Shown in pieces: positions 33,601-46,078 of a stretch of 64,000 nt of DNA. Under the pieces are notes generated by a model. That model did not search any database. It saw nothing but the letters and a program-made list of their open reading frames with translations, and was not told the origin of the DNA. Each line of letters opens with the position of its first letter. Within the stretch, counting starts at the first letter, position 1. Position numbers and translations under genes: made by a program. The DNA comes from Lepidodermella squamata (Eukaryota > Animalia > Gastrotricha), in NCBI GenBank assembly GCA_047495785.1, contig JBLDXI010000024.1:2542001-2606000 (forward strand), in the 5' to 3' direction.

Positions 33601-36600
33601 TCGAATAATCAGCCTTTCTCAACCCCGGATGTCCCTAATCGCATCTCATGTGCTGCGACGAGAACAGAAGGGTGGTGGTTTTCATCGACTTGCAACGAAA
33701 CGAATCTCAATCCTCGTTGTAGCAATAGCAGTGTTGCATCGTATCCGATTGTTTGGAATGGGTGGGGTTCTGATACAATTGTGTCGGCGACAATGATGAT
33801 TCGTCCGAAAACGGCGCGACCAAGAGATTGCCAAGACCTGTATCAAGCTGGATTTACAACTAGTGATCTCTACGTCATTTATCCAACTGGGACGGGGGCG
33901 ATGAAGGTTTTTTGCGACATGTCGAACGTCGCAGGCGCTGATGAGATGGGATGGACGGTAAGAATTATCCATTTTATAAGAGAAAAGTAAGAATTTATAA
34001 TTTATTACAATTGAAGGTTATCCAAAATCGGCAAACTATGAACGTTGATTTTCGGCAGAACTGGGCAGCATACAAGGCCGGATTCGGGTTGACGACAAAT
34101 AACAGCGATTACTGGCTTGGGAATGAGAACATTCACCTCATGACATACAATGCCTCTTACGCGTTACTTGTAACACTAACAACTACAGAAGGTTCGACTA
34201 TTGGCACATATTACAGCAACTTTAGAATCGGCCCCGAATCCGACTTTTACAAACTGATCACCTCAGCCTCCCTGAGTAATAGATCATCCTCCCCAGACAA
34301 TTTTTTCCCTAACCATAACAAGAAACCCTTCTCAACGTACGACTATGGTCCAGTTAGTGGTGCCTATGGCGCCGGGTCACAGCCTCGATCGGGTGGCTGG
34401 TGGTATGATCCTTTTACGACAGCTTTCAGATCGAATTTGAATAACAGGGAAGGTGTGACGAATATCGAAGCTGGTATTTACTGGGGTTCTATAGTGACCA
34501 GAACTCGAATGGCTATTCGTAGGAGAGGAACTTACGAAAATCCTGGTACACCCTCGGCTATGTGTGTTAACACTGAAATGGTGGCTTCAGGCTACTATGC
34601 TTCGTATTGCCAGCGCTTTTATCTTCAAGACACTGGAAAGAATATCAGGATTCAATATCAAAATCCAAATTTTCAAGGATGGTTCTGGGGCGATGACCTG
34701 GACTGTTCTGGTATGATTCATGCTTTTTAATAAGCATTGACTTGAGTACATCTATATTCTATAATTCATAGGAATAGGCACTATATCAGATTGCGCCACA
34801 ATTCAAAGCAGTTATGCCAGTAGTCAGGGTTCACGAAAAGTTTCTGGGACAGCAACAACGACTCAAGGCAGGTTCGGCTCGTTCACAGGCTACTGTGATC
34901 AGCAAACGTTCGGAGGGGGTTGGAATCTGCTTATGCGAAGAGTAGACAACTCGACCACTTTCCCACTAAGCTCATCTTCCTATGAAACGGCATTTGGGGA
35001 TCCACGCGCCAACTATTGGCTTGGGTTTCAAAACATCAGGTTAATGACTGGAACAAAGAGATATGACCTGATGGTCGAGTACGGTGGAAGTGACTGGTGG
35101 GCATTTGCTATGTACACGGATTTTTCTGTTGCATACGCGGATAATGTCATTCGTATCGGATCTTTCAAAAACACATCATCCATGCTGATCGATGGTCTGT
35201 CTCCTCTCAACGGGACAACATTTGGCTCAGACATCTGCGGTAGTGGACCTTGGTGGTTCCGCGACGCAAATTGTGGCAATACATCTTCGAATTTTAACAA
35301 TCCCTTCGGCAATCAGGAGAACGCTACTAAGAACATTTTCTGGGGCAGCTTTGGAACCCAGCCTAATGCAGCACTTACGCATGTGGAAATGAAAATTCGA
35401 CCGTCAGTCTACTCATCTACGTTCGGTAGCTACATAAAAGCACCGAATTTCCTGTGTATCACGACGCCCTCTGTGACGCTTACCTCGATATCCAGCGAGT
35501 TGACTTGCCATACGAAATGTCAGAGCTACAGCGCATTCATTTGCACGTCTGTCTCTTACGATCGCATCGGTACTTGCATTGTTCGTAGTCAAGCATGTGG
35601 TGCGGGGCAAGGGATGGCCAATTCATCCTGGGACACTTACTACCGTTATGAATCACCAGAGCACATCTCGCCCAATTGTGGACCACCGCCAGTCATGCGA
35701 GGAACGCTAATGACTATCGTAGGCCTGCCTACCAAATTTACGGTTCAATACACCTGTGACGGCCAGCCTTACAGTAGAAACGTTCTCGGTGGGGAAGACA
35801 ATTCCAATTTGACATGCGACGCGTCAAGTAAGCGATGGCTCGGTCCATACATGGACTGTAGAGGCCGATGCGGACCCCTACCAGACCTGACTTCTACCAA
35901 TGCGACTTTAGACGCGGTTAAAGTTGATGATACGGGAACTTTCACGCTAACGTATAGATGCAACGAAAACTTCGAATTCTCTGCCGATGTATCTTTCCTA
36001 AACATTACTTGCGCACCGCCTTATAGCAAAACTCTGACGATACCGAGCTGTTCTCTGTCGAACTGTGCGGATCCTCCCATAATCGCGAATAGCATCAAAA
36101 ACTACACGGTCCCAGTTGCACTATCGCGAAATGTTGTAACAGCTCGATACGCGGTTTGGGAGTACAGCTGCAATGATGGATACGTCTTTTCCGGTTCTCT
36201 ATCTAAGAACGCAACTATTCAGTGCGCGAGAACCAATAATTGGGTCGGCAATGTTACGGCATGCATTGGTACGCTTTCCTGGCTATTTGAAATGTTAACA
36301 CATTGTGAGGTTTCAAATTTCTTGTCTTCATCGATTATAGCTGACTGCTCCTCAGTTGGGGGATGCCGAAACGGAGGGAATTGCTCCGATCCTAATGTGT
36401 GCAAATGTGCTGCCGGCTGGACAGGCTCCAATTGTACAAATGGTTTGATTGATTCAGCTGAACCATGCCCCATTTGAAATTTCCCATTACCAGCTTTGTG
36501 CTTCGGAGGTTGCGTGAACGGCTACTGTTTGAAACCAAATACTTGCTTGTGCGATTCAGGCTGGGCAGGCTCCAATTGTACCAATGGTTTGATTGATTCA

Positions 36601-39600
36601 ACAAACCATAATTCCCTAGTTGAGTTTTCAAATCATCAGCTTTGTGCTCCTTAATCGGAGGTTGTGTGAATGGCTACTGTTCGAAACCAAACACTTGCAC
36701 ATGCGAGTCAGGTTGGGAAGGAGCAAACTGTTCAACAGGTAGGTTGATTTGAGGGGAAAAATATACAGTACAATTTTGAGACCTCCTTGCCCAGCCAATT
36801 GCTCAGCTATTGGATCGTGTGTTAACGGCGGAAGCTGTTCCGCACCAAATGCTTGCAAATGTCCAACGGGTTGGGGTGGAATCAACTGTGCAAACTGTAG
36901 GTTCATCTTAAATTAAAACGTTCAGGTAACTTGCTTGGATTTCTCTCCCCAAGTGTCTTGCACATCTATTGGGGGGTTTCAGAATAACGGAACATGTTCC
37001 GGTCCTGACACTTGCACTTGCAGCTCGGGTTGGACGGGCGTAAACTGTTCAACAGGTAGCTCTGAAATCGCACCTTAGCCCACTGATAATCTTGAACGAT
37101 TTCTAGCGACATGTTCTAGCATCGGTGGCTGCTTGAACGGCGGTACTTGTGTTGGACCTAATCAGTGTAAATGTGGAAATGGTTGGAAGGGAGCTAACTG
37201 CACCGCATGTTTGACCTAGACTGACGTTTATTTTTTGATAAGCTAGCTTTTAATTCTTAGATGACTGTTCTGCTGTTGGCGAATGTCAGAACAATGGCAC
37301 CTGTTCAAGTGTCAATGTATGTACGTGTGCGACTGGCTGGGCAGGAAAGAACTGCACGACTTGTAAGCTTTGAGAATTATGTCGACAAGTTGACCACTTG
37401 AAATTTCAGTCACATGCACCGCAATTGGTGGATGTTACAACGGAGGTAATTGCTCAGGTCCCAACACTTGCACTTGTCCATCGGGCTGGGGCGGGAAAAA
37501 CTGCAGTAACGGTGAATTCTTAGATGAAACATTGAATCATTTACTTTTATCATTTACTTTTATCCGAAAATTTATCCGTTAGTCGATTGTACTGACATTG
37601 GAACTTGCTTAAACGGTGGGACATGTGCCGCTCCAAACAACTGCAGTTGTGTCAATGGTTATGAGGGAATGAACTGCAACAAAGGTACTTTCAATTAAAA
37701 TAGGAAAGGCCCGAATAATTTGTCGTTTTTGCAGCGCCTTTCACCTGCAATGGCTTCGGAGGCTGCCAAAATAATGCAACTTGCATCGGGGAAAACAACT
37801 GCAACTGTACCTCACAATGGACTGGAGATAGTTGTGCGATACGTAAGTGCTTTCATTACTGCTTTCATCCAAAAACGACTGGTTTTCTTAGCGAGTTGTG
37901 CTAGAATTGGGGACTGCAAGAACAGCGGCGTCTGTGTTATGCCTGATACCTGCATCTGCCCTCCAAGATGGGGCGGACCAGACTGTTCGGTGAAGCTAAA
38001 CACATCATCTAGCGAAATAGTCTCGATCGACTTCATGTCACATCTTTCAAATCAAACGCTGATCCTCACAGCCGCGGCTCTGGGCGGGGTCGTGAAACAG
38101 GCATCTGATGGTATAGCTGCCGTTTACAACGCATCGCTGACCATTGATTTCGTCGGCTCGATGAGCTCGGTTATGGCCCGTTATAGCGCAATGGCTTCAT
38201 CGATGACCCCGAAGCAAATCGAGACAGTGGCACAGTACTTTGCAGATGCATCTAACGCTGTGATGTATGCTATCGCTGATCAAATTCCCGTAGTTCCCAA
38301 GTCCATCGCGCCAACCAGGCCAAATAAATGCTCGGTGTCTTCAACTACAACAACTCCTGAAACACCTGTCATGAAGATGAAATCTGACCAAACAGACAAT
38401 CTATACGGCAGCTTCGCAGAAATGGTTGATGGTATGATGAAGTTGGTTCGAGCTGGGTTATCCGAGGGCAAAAACTACACATACAACGGCGATTTCTTCT
38501 CTTACATCGTTTCAGGCGCTCAGGTTCAGAATCTTGCTGGTCGGCAATTCGAAACAGCTCATGCGGCGGTTGAGTTCAATTCGCTGCAAGATATGTCGGA
38601 GCATTTTGAAACCGGCTCTTTGGCTCTCAAATCTACTGATGTGGTAATCGTGGCTCTGAACGCTTACATCGTAAACGTGTTGAATCCAGCGAAATCTTTC
38701 AACATGCCTACCATCTCAGTTAAAGTTTTCTATAAAGGTACTGAGTTGGTCCTCAACAGGAAACATCCGGTCAAACTGATTGGCAAAACGGACGACCAGA
38801 AGTCTGCTAAACTTGGCAATCAGAAGTCAGATACGCCGTGTGATGTGAGCAGTGTCACCTGCGACCCATCGATTAACGGAGATACGTTGGGCTCTCTTGC
38901 CTCTTTGACGGTATCACTCGGCGCTGGTGATTTCTTCATCAAATTCCCGGCAATTGAGCAGAACTTTTCAGTCTACATTGCCGTGAATGGGACTCCGACA
39001 CCCCTTTCATACGCTTGGTATCTTTACGTCTGGCAAACTGGGTATAATATAACGACAAACTCAAGCTTTCCTGAGCTGAAGATCACGCAATCTGCCAAGG
39101 AGACGAAAGTATTTCTGAGTGAACGAGTTTTGCTTGTTAATATTGCAAGGAAATACGGATATCAATCGAATGCTACCTTTGCTATCAATGTCCTGGGCAA
39201 GAAAGACTTCTCATCCCTCTCGCCAATGGATGACATCCCAGCTTCCGCCTGTGAACTGATCAAATCCTCGGGTTATCACGTAAAAATTGATTTCGCTAAT
39301 GATGATTCAAATCGACGTAGGAAAAGAGATACAGGTGACGATACGAGTGATTACTCAGATGATTTCGAGCTAGACGCCGGCTCTGATGACAGGTCTGTCG
39401 CTTTTAAATCATCGTATTTCGGCGATTTCGGAGCTGATCTCGTTGTTTCACCTAACACGATCGAATTTTCAAATATATTTGCCAACTTCGCTTCCCTTCT
39501 GTCCGACAATATGTTCGTATTCGCGTTCATGATCGCAGCCGTAGTTTTCTTTCTCATCGGAGTCGCAACTGTTGCATACTTCGATAAAGTTGATATCAAG

Positions 39601-42600
39601 GAATGGGCATTCCTGCCCCTTCTCAGCAATAAGCTCCAAGAAAATCATAAATATCTCATTTCGGTCGACTACGTCAAGGTCAAGAACTACCATCTCAAGC
39701 CTAAAGTCTGTCTCCGCGCCATTGGGGACACCAGTGATACCAATTGGAGGCTTCTGGATGACGGAGATCGAACTCCGAACTTTAATGGAAAACGACCGGC
39801 CAATTTCTTGATGACAACACGTTTACCGCTTGGTATAATCGAGTCGATCGAATTGAATTTGCAAAGCCGATTGCCAGCACCTAATCCTGAATCCGCCTTG
39901 AAGATCTTTGTGGACAAGATAATCATCGTCGATGTCTCGAAGGGTAGGAAATTTGTTTTCCTGTTCAACGCCGATATTGCAGCCGGAGAAGCGAAGAAAG
40001 TCAATCTTGTGACAGAAGATGAAATCAAGACGTTTAGCTATCTTGTCCGATCGCATTCGAGGGTCGGCTTCTTCTCGTCCCATCCTTGGTTATCGATCGC
40101 AAGGAGGCCATTGCCGAGCAACTGGACCAGGTGCGAGAGACTGGCTTGCGTTGTCAGTGCCCTGTTCATGGCTATGTTGGTAAATGCGATGTTCTACGGC
40201 AAAGAGAACCAATCGCCTCGAGTTGGTGTGAAAATCGGTGGATTCTTCCGGCTGTCCTGGTTCACAATCTACACCAGCTTCGTTGGATGTGTGATTGCCG
40301 TACCACCTACTGCAATGATGGCATTCATTTTCCGGCGCATAAGGCGGAGATCCGCTGAGAGGAGCAACTATACAACAATTTTCAATGCTGTAGTCAATGA
40401 GAGAGACGAAGAAGATGAAAACGGCAAGAAAATAAAGAAGCCCTTTCTTCTCCCGTTTGGATGCGTTGTAATCGCATGGCTCTGTACGTTTTTATTCCAT
40501 AATTCCTATTCATGATTTTTTAAATGTTCATTTCAGTGGTCGCCGGTTGCGTTGGATCATCGGCTTTCTTTGTTGTCATGTATAGCCTTCAATGGGGTCG
40601 GGAGAAATCCCTTCAATGGCTAAGTGGCATGGTAATGGGCATAGCGCAAGACATCGCCCTGATTCAAACTGTGAAGGTCACCATGGGTTCCCTGGTCAGC
40701 TCGACCATGTTATCCTTACCTGAGGATGGCGTTTCTCTTGGAAAGCTCACCTTTTCCAAGTACAACTCGAATCAAAAGGCAATGCTGTTCAAAAGAATGC
40801 GAAATATCATCGCTGGAATATTCCACCACATTGTTTATGTCATCTCGTTCGCTATTGTCATAGCGGCAACTCAAAATGCTCTGGCCTATCAGCAAGTCAA
40901 GGACATCAAACAGCTGGTTATTTTGGATTCACCTGGTCAGATGGCTGTTATTCAGGGTTACAGCGAGATTTACGACTGGCTGAACAATAAATTGCTGCCA
41001 AATTTCTACACAGCTAATCAATTGAGCAAAGGACTGAAATTCAACAACAAAAACATATACCAAGTCACCAATCATGATGTTGTAATTCTTGGTCCTGTTC
41101 GTCTCAGGCAACAGCGTGTGATAAAAGGTATGTGTTTGCTCTCATTTCCAAATTTTTCATTTTATGCCTGCTTTTATAGCCCTTTGTCCATTGGCTACTT
41201 CTATCGTCCCAAAATTCGTGTCGAGATACGTCTACCCTTTGACAAACGGTACCACCTGCCATTCACCGTATTCAGATCTTCTTGGCATCGGTTCGACATC
41301 GGAGAGTCGCCAATTCACAAACTACAACTGGACTTACCTACCAAACTACACAAAATGGCCATCAAATGTTACTTCAGAACAGGCTCCATGGGTGTTTCGA
41401 GATGACGATGGTATTCCTTACTCAGGCTGGCAAGCGACATACAAAAGCGGTGGTTATTATGTCGACCTCCCAGTTCAATTATCTAAGGCCAGAGTTTTCG
41501 TCAATCAACTCCGCGATAGTCGATGGCTTGACAACTCTACATCAGTCCTTTTTGTTGACCTCGTCCTCTTCAACCCACAGGTCAACTTATTCATGGCGGT
41601 GAAGGTTGTTTTCGAAGCACTAAGTGCTGGCGGAATGGCCTACCATGCTAGAGTGTACCCTCTCCAGCTGTATCAATACATTGGCGCCAGCTCGATCTTC
41701 ATCTTCGCCATTCAGGGCATTTGGATTCTGCTTGTTCTTTCCCAACTGGTCAAAGTTCTTATCAAGGTGAAGAAACAAGGAGCTAGCAAATTTCGGAAGG
41801 ATGGTTGGAATTGGTTGGAAATAGCCCAAATCATGAGTGCCCTAGCTATCGTCGGCCTCTTCATCGCCAGGATGCTGGTCGTCATAAAAGCAGTAACTAG
41901 ACTTCAAACTGATCGAACGTCGTTCGTCAACTTCGATCTGTTAGTCAACTGGGAGGCGCTTATGGCTAACTTGTACGGGATATCATTCTTTATGGCAATG
42001 CTCCTGTTTTTCCGTCATCTCACCTTCAACAAGCACTGGTGCATGTTCTTGGGCACTTTGTCGAAGGGAAAGGCTGATCTGATCTCGTTCATTGTCATTT
42101 TCACACTGATAACTGTCATTTTTGCTATCTTGGGATATCTGAGCATGGGGACAACATGCGAAGAGTTTCAGTCGTTTTCCGCATCCCTGCTCACCTTGAT
42201 TCAGAATATAATTGGTGTTACTGGATCGTTGATGAGCTTGAGTTTCACGTCGAGATTCATCATGATCTTCTGCCTTGCTTATTCAACAATTGTCATGTTT
42301 TTGGCCGTTCAAATTTTCATGACTATAATTTCGGTAACTTACGGGGATATTGCTGCTGATGTGGAGGGCAAGACTGATTGGGATCATGAACTCGCTTCTT
42401 ATATGGCCAAAGAGCTAGTAGCAACTAACGGAGGTGACGGAGACAAGCCACAACAAGAGTTTAAACCAGTCGGCGAGAGAAATTTCGCAAAATGTAATGA
42501 TATTTCTCTATTTCGCATTTCTTACCATTTCATTGGATTATCACCCATTTCAGTTGAGACGGTTATTCATCGATTACTTGGGACAGTTGAGAGTATGGTA

Positions 42601-42994
42601 AAAGAAGAGTCACCCGACGTTGAAGAAAAGCGGCATAAGTGCTTCATGCATTGGCTGGAAATGAAGTTGCAAGAAGCGCCATTTAAACAAGAGCACGATA
42701 GAGTAAGACGACGATCGAGCAACTTGAGAGGTTTTTTGCTTCCCTACATGCCCGTCTCTTAATTAAGTTTCATGTTCAGGTGATAATTTCATGGCACTTC
42801 AAATCGCTGGCTTTGCTCCGATTCAACCATCGCCATTTTTAACTCCTCAATCTGCTGCTTTGAATCACGACCCGCTGCGCAATGTCATGTTTTCAAAGAA
42901 TAAGCTGCAAATCACAGCGGGTCAAATGCCGACAGGCTCGATTCGTGAAATGTACGATCGGGAGACACCCAAAGATAATTTCAATGGAAAATGA
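30657..42994 (+). CDS. Polycystin-1-like receptor-channel, copy 3, apparently intact: SP - F5/8C - FReD x4 - PAN - CCP x3 - EGF x11 - degenerate GAIN - 11 TM/PLAT/channel
   Basis: ATG at 30657 (MKLNPRAEASLLALCSIINSI), microexon 30776-30787. ORFs 30855-31169, 31287-32027, 33253-33990, 33951-34730, 34933-36477, 37720-40515, 40524-41405, 41164-42762 and 42791-42994 splice in frame with the same intron positions as copy 2. Confidence 0.85.
32279..32372. repeat. Six ~15-bp tandem units (ttgctcttaaatcgg-like) ending in agaacc; resembles a solitary Phantom/MULE-type repetitive terminus
   Basis: ttgctcttaaatcgg ttgctctcttatcgg ttgctcttaatgca ttgctctttaatcg ttgctcttagatcgc gtgctctttagtc. Confidence 0.7.
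32557..32896. mobile_element. MITE/foldback element with ~145-bp near-perfect inverted arms
   Basis: Left arm 32557-32705 (catatttcgaccaaaa...cagcccgaaccc...gacggtgccct), right arm 32756-32896 (agggcaccgtc...gggttcgggctg.ttttggtcgaaatatg), ~50-bp spacer. Confidence 0.85.
36341..37990 (+). repeat. Array of 11 EGF-like repeats in copy 3, including a chimeric extra exon (36494-36586)
   Basis: Single-EGF phase 1-1 exons. The extra exon has the 5' half of EGF2 and the 3' half plus intron start of EGF1. Confidence 0.85.
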
Positions 42995-43563
42995 ATGCAG
43001 AAACAGGCCATCTCGCTAAACTTGAATTTCATTCAGGTCAAAATGTTGCAGTTGTTTTTAAGAAACTAGCAGTAGCTGACCCATGATTTTCTGTTTGTGA
43101 AATGTAGGGACTCTCCATCGTGTGATTACTAGACTGAATAGTATTTTTGTTCTTCGCTGCAGGTGTTTTGACGGCCCAGTGAGTGTAAAATAAATAACTG
43201 GACCTTTTTGTTCAGGTGCGACTAACGTGGAAAGCTTGGTTAACTTATAGTTTAGCTAGCGATTTGGCTGTGCTTGAATCCTTTTGCTTACGTTTGGGTT
43301 TTGGCTCGGCCTTATGAACAATTGTAATCCAACATTACTTTGAACTTTGAAAAACAGCAGCTTACAAAATAGTCAAAGCAAAACTAAGATGTTCAGCATT
43401 TTATTTTGAAGGAATGATGCATAATATTAATTAAGGAACCGATTATGTGAACCATTTATCAATAAAACTAAGCAGCGTGTTGTCCCAGGTCTCGATTGTT
43501 CGAAGCTTTCGTTGTAAAAAGTCAATTATTCAATGTTTATTCAATCATTCCAAGCTCTCATAA

Positions 43564-44558
43564 TCAGCGATTGATACTAGATGAACTCGAAGGGTCAAAA
43601 CCAGCTGCATCGCAAACACTCATGCCAGCAGGCCATCTTTCCTTCATGAAATTCAGCGCATCAAAATTCAGATTTCGAGCCGCCCAATGCAATGGTGTCC
43701 GCCCTTCGTTGTCCGCTACTTTCAACCCATCCGGCCACGTATTATAAAACATTCTAATGATATGCGTGTGACCCATCATCGCTGCGTAATGAAATGCAGT
43801 ATAGCCAACTTTATCCTGAATCTTTATCAAGTCAGGGTTCTGTTCACAGAAGAATTTCACAGCGTCCTCATTCCCATTGAACGCGGCTGAGTGCAGCACG
43901 GCTTTGCCTTCATTGTTCACGATGGTTAACGCTTCGGGCCACTTTTTCGCGATTTGCATTATTGCTTCGATCACTCCAGCATCGGCAGCTAGATGCAGAA
44001 CTGTTCTACCTTCATTGTCGCGAATTCTGATCAAGTCAGGAGTTTTTCAAGCAGAAATTCGACGACCTCTGGATACGTGACTGCCAGATGAAGCGGGGAC
44101 AGCCCTTCACGATCCAGATCAGAAGCAAGCTTTGGACATTTGGCGTAAAGGTATTTGACGATTTCGAGATGCCCAAATAGTGCTGCGCTGTGCAGAGGGG
44201 TTTGTCCTAAACCGTCGCGGGCTTCAACACACTCGGGCCATTTCTCTGTCAAGAGTTTTACCATTCCGACTCTTCCGCTTGAAGCCGCTTTCTGCAAGCA
44301 AAATATGCCGGTTGTATCAGTGGTTTTGAGTAGATCAGGACATTTCTCTATCACGTACTCAGCGAACGCGACGTGATCAGTTTCGGCAGCCTTGTGCAGG
44401 ACAGTTCTTCCGTGTCCATCGCGGCTTTTAAAGGCGATGGGATGACTTTCGAAGATCGATTTAGCAACATCGATATCTCCCTGTTCACCGGCGCTGTGAA
44501 GTTTCTCGGCGAAATCGTCATAAGGAACACTGTCCTTCCTCTTCATACAAATAGCCAT
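43564..44558 (-). CDS. Ankyrin-repeat-only protein (~9 repeats, ~330 aa), split by a 1-nt frameshift at ~44045
   Basis: ORFs 44031-44558 and 43564-44034 contain GRTVLH/GQTPLH/GLSPLH/GRTPLH repeats. Adding one A to the A5 run restores LLEKTPDLIRIRDNEGRTVLH, matching sibling repeats EKCPDLLKTTD and EQNPDLIKIQD. Confidence 0.85.
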
Positions 44559-45129
44559 TTTGCACGGTCAGCCGATCCTAAATCAGAAAAGTAAATATTG
44601 GCTGTAATGAGGGAAAGATGAAAGTACTAGAAAGAACAATTAGAATGATTAGAAGAAAAGGGCTGGATTTTGCGCACTGAATATTAAAAATCGTGAAAAG
44701 CAAAATGCTGTATGCCTGACATTGTTGTTGTGCTTGGCATTTAACAACGGGAGATAAGTTTGTAAATTATGAATGAAAGAGTTATTGATTTCGACAAAAC
44801 TACGCATTTTACATGGCGGTGAAATAGTGATGAGTAACTCCCAACAAAATAAACTCCGAGGAGTTCTTAGCGTTTAGTGCTTGAACACACTCTTACCTGG
44901 ACATTTTGATACAGGTTACGGGTGTATGAAATAGGGTCCACATAATTTCACGACTAAAAATTAGCTTCCAGCACTAAATTAAAGCGCCCTGGCACTATAT
45001 TTTTCAGATTCCTCACGATTTTGGCGTTTTCGGCTTTTGATCGATAATGAAGCTTCACTTGAGAAAAACTGTGATAAAAATTCACTGAAATATGTAAATA
45101 GAATAGAAGAGAAGTGATTAAGCAGCGAG

Positions 45130-45265
45130 GCGCTTTGTGCCAGACTGGTAGAACCCTTCGAGCGGCCACTACGACGCAGGGCGTGGTGTTCGCAAGCTTC
45201 GGGTTCGACTGCATCCCTAGACGAAAGGCCCGGCAGTGACTCAGCTGGTAGAAGAGATTGCTGAC
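45130..45265 (+). other. Possible tRNA-derived SINE remnant (A-box-like and B-box-like motifs)
   Basis: tgtgccagactggtaga ... gggttcgactgc, then tgactcagctggtaga. No complete cloverleaf. Confidence 0.25.
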
Positions 45266-46078
45266 ACCAAAGAATTTATTCCTCGCAATCTTTCGACCGA
45301 ATCTTATTAATTTAAGGTTACATTGCCATTAGCTGCTATTAGCTTAACCGCGTGACTTCAATCAATTCGGTTTCGCGATACCTATTGGAAAATTTAACAA
45401 GAAGTTTTATTTTACTTATTTTACTTATTTACGAGCATCAATATCAAAGGGGCGTAGGACAGCCCAGCTGAAAAGAAGCATGCGTGTTTGACAGCAGTGT
45501 TCAATTGGTTTAAATCAGGAGTGCAGAATCTGCAGACCTTCCCGGTAGCAAACTTGAAATTTCCCGATTTTCCTGCTAGAAGGCTCAATATTTCCCCGAA
45601 ATCTCTCGAAACCACTTATTTCTCGGCAGCAATATTATTAGCTATATTATCAAGGCGCGTCGAAGTAATGCTTAACATTTGACCTATTGCATATAGCCTT
45701 TCTTTTCCTGAATGTGATTAAAAGGCTGACTAGGGTACTGCTTAAGATATTGGTTTTCATGCAAGTAATTTTAATAATGAATAGCAAACGTCATGAGCGC
45801 TGCATAAGAGAACAAAGAAACAGTTCGCAAACAAACTGCGCCTTTATGATATTTTATCGAATATCCTGATATTGTCTGATAGCAGTGTCAGAAATTAAAC
45901 TTTAATAACTTACGTGAAAGATCAAGTTGCACTTCCCCTAAGGAAACAGCGTGAGTATTGATCAACAACCTGGTTACCTAGTACAGCCTTCTATAAGCCG
46001 AACTAGGAACTCCCAGACAAAAAATTTGCCCCACCTAACTTTTGACATCTAAACATCGGGAAACCTTGGATCTGCAAA

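Noticed and set aside
44031-44050. Programmed ribosomal frameshift in the ankyrin gene
   Set aside because: No canonical X XXY YYZ heptamer or evident stimulatory structure; a homopolymer indel is more parsimonious.
45130-45265. tRNA gene
   Set aside because: A- and B-box-like motifs are present, but no consistent acceptor or anticodon stems could be folded; kept only as a low-confidence SINE remnant. The same applies to the B-box-like stretch at 30010-30047 (minus).
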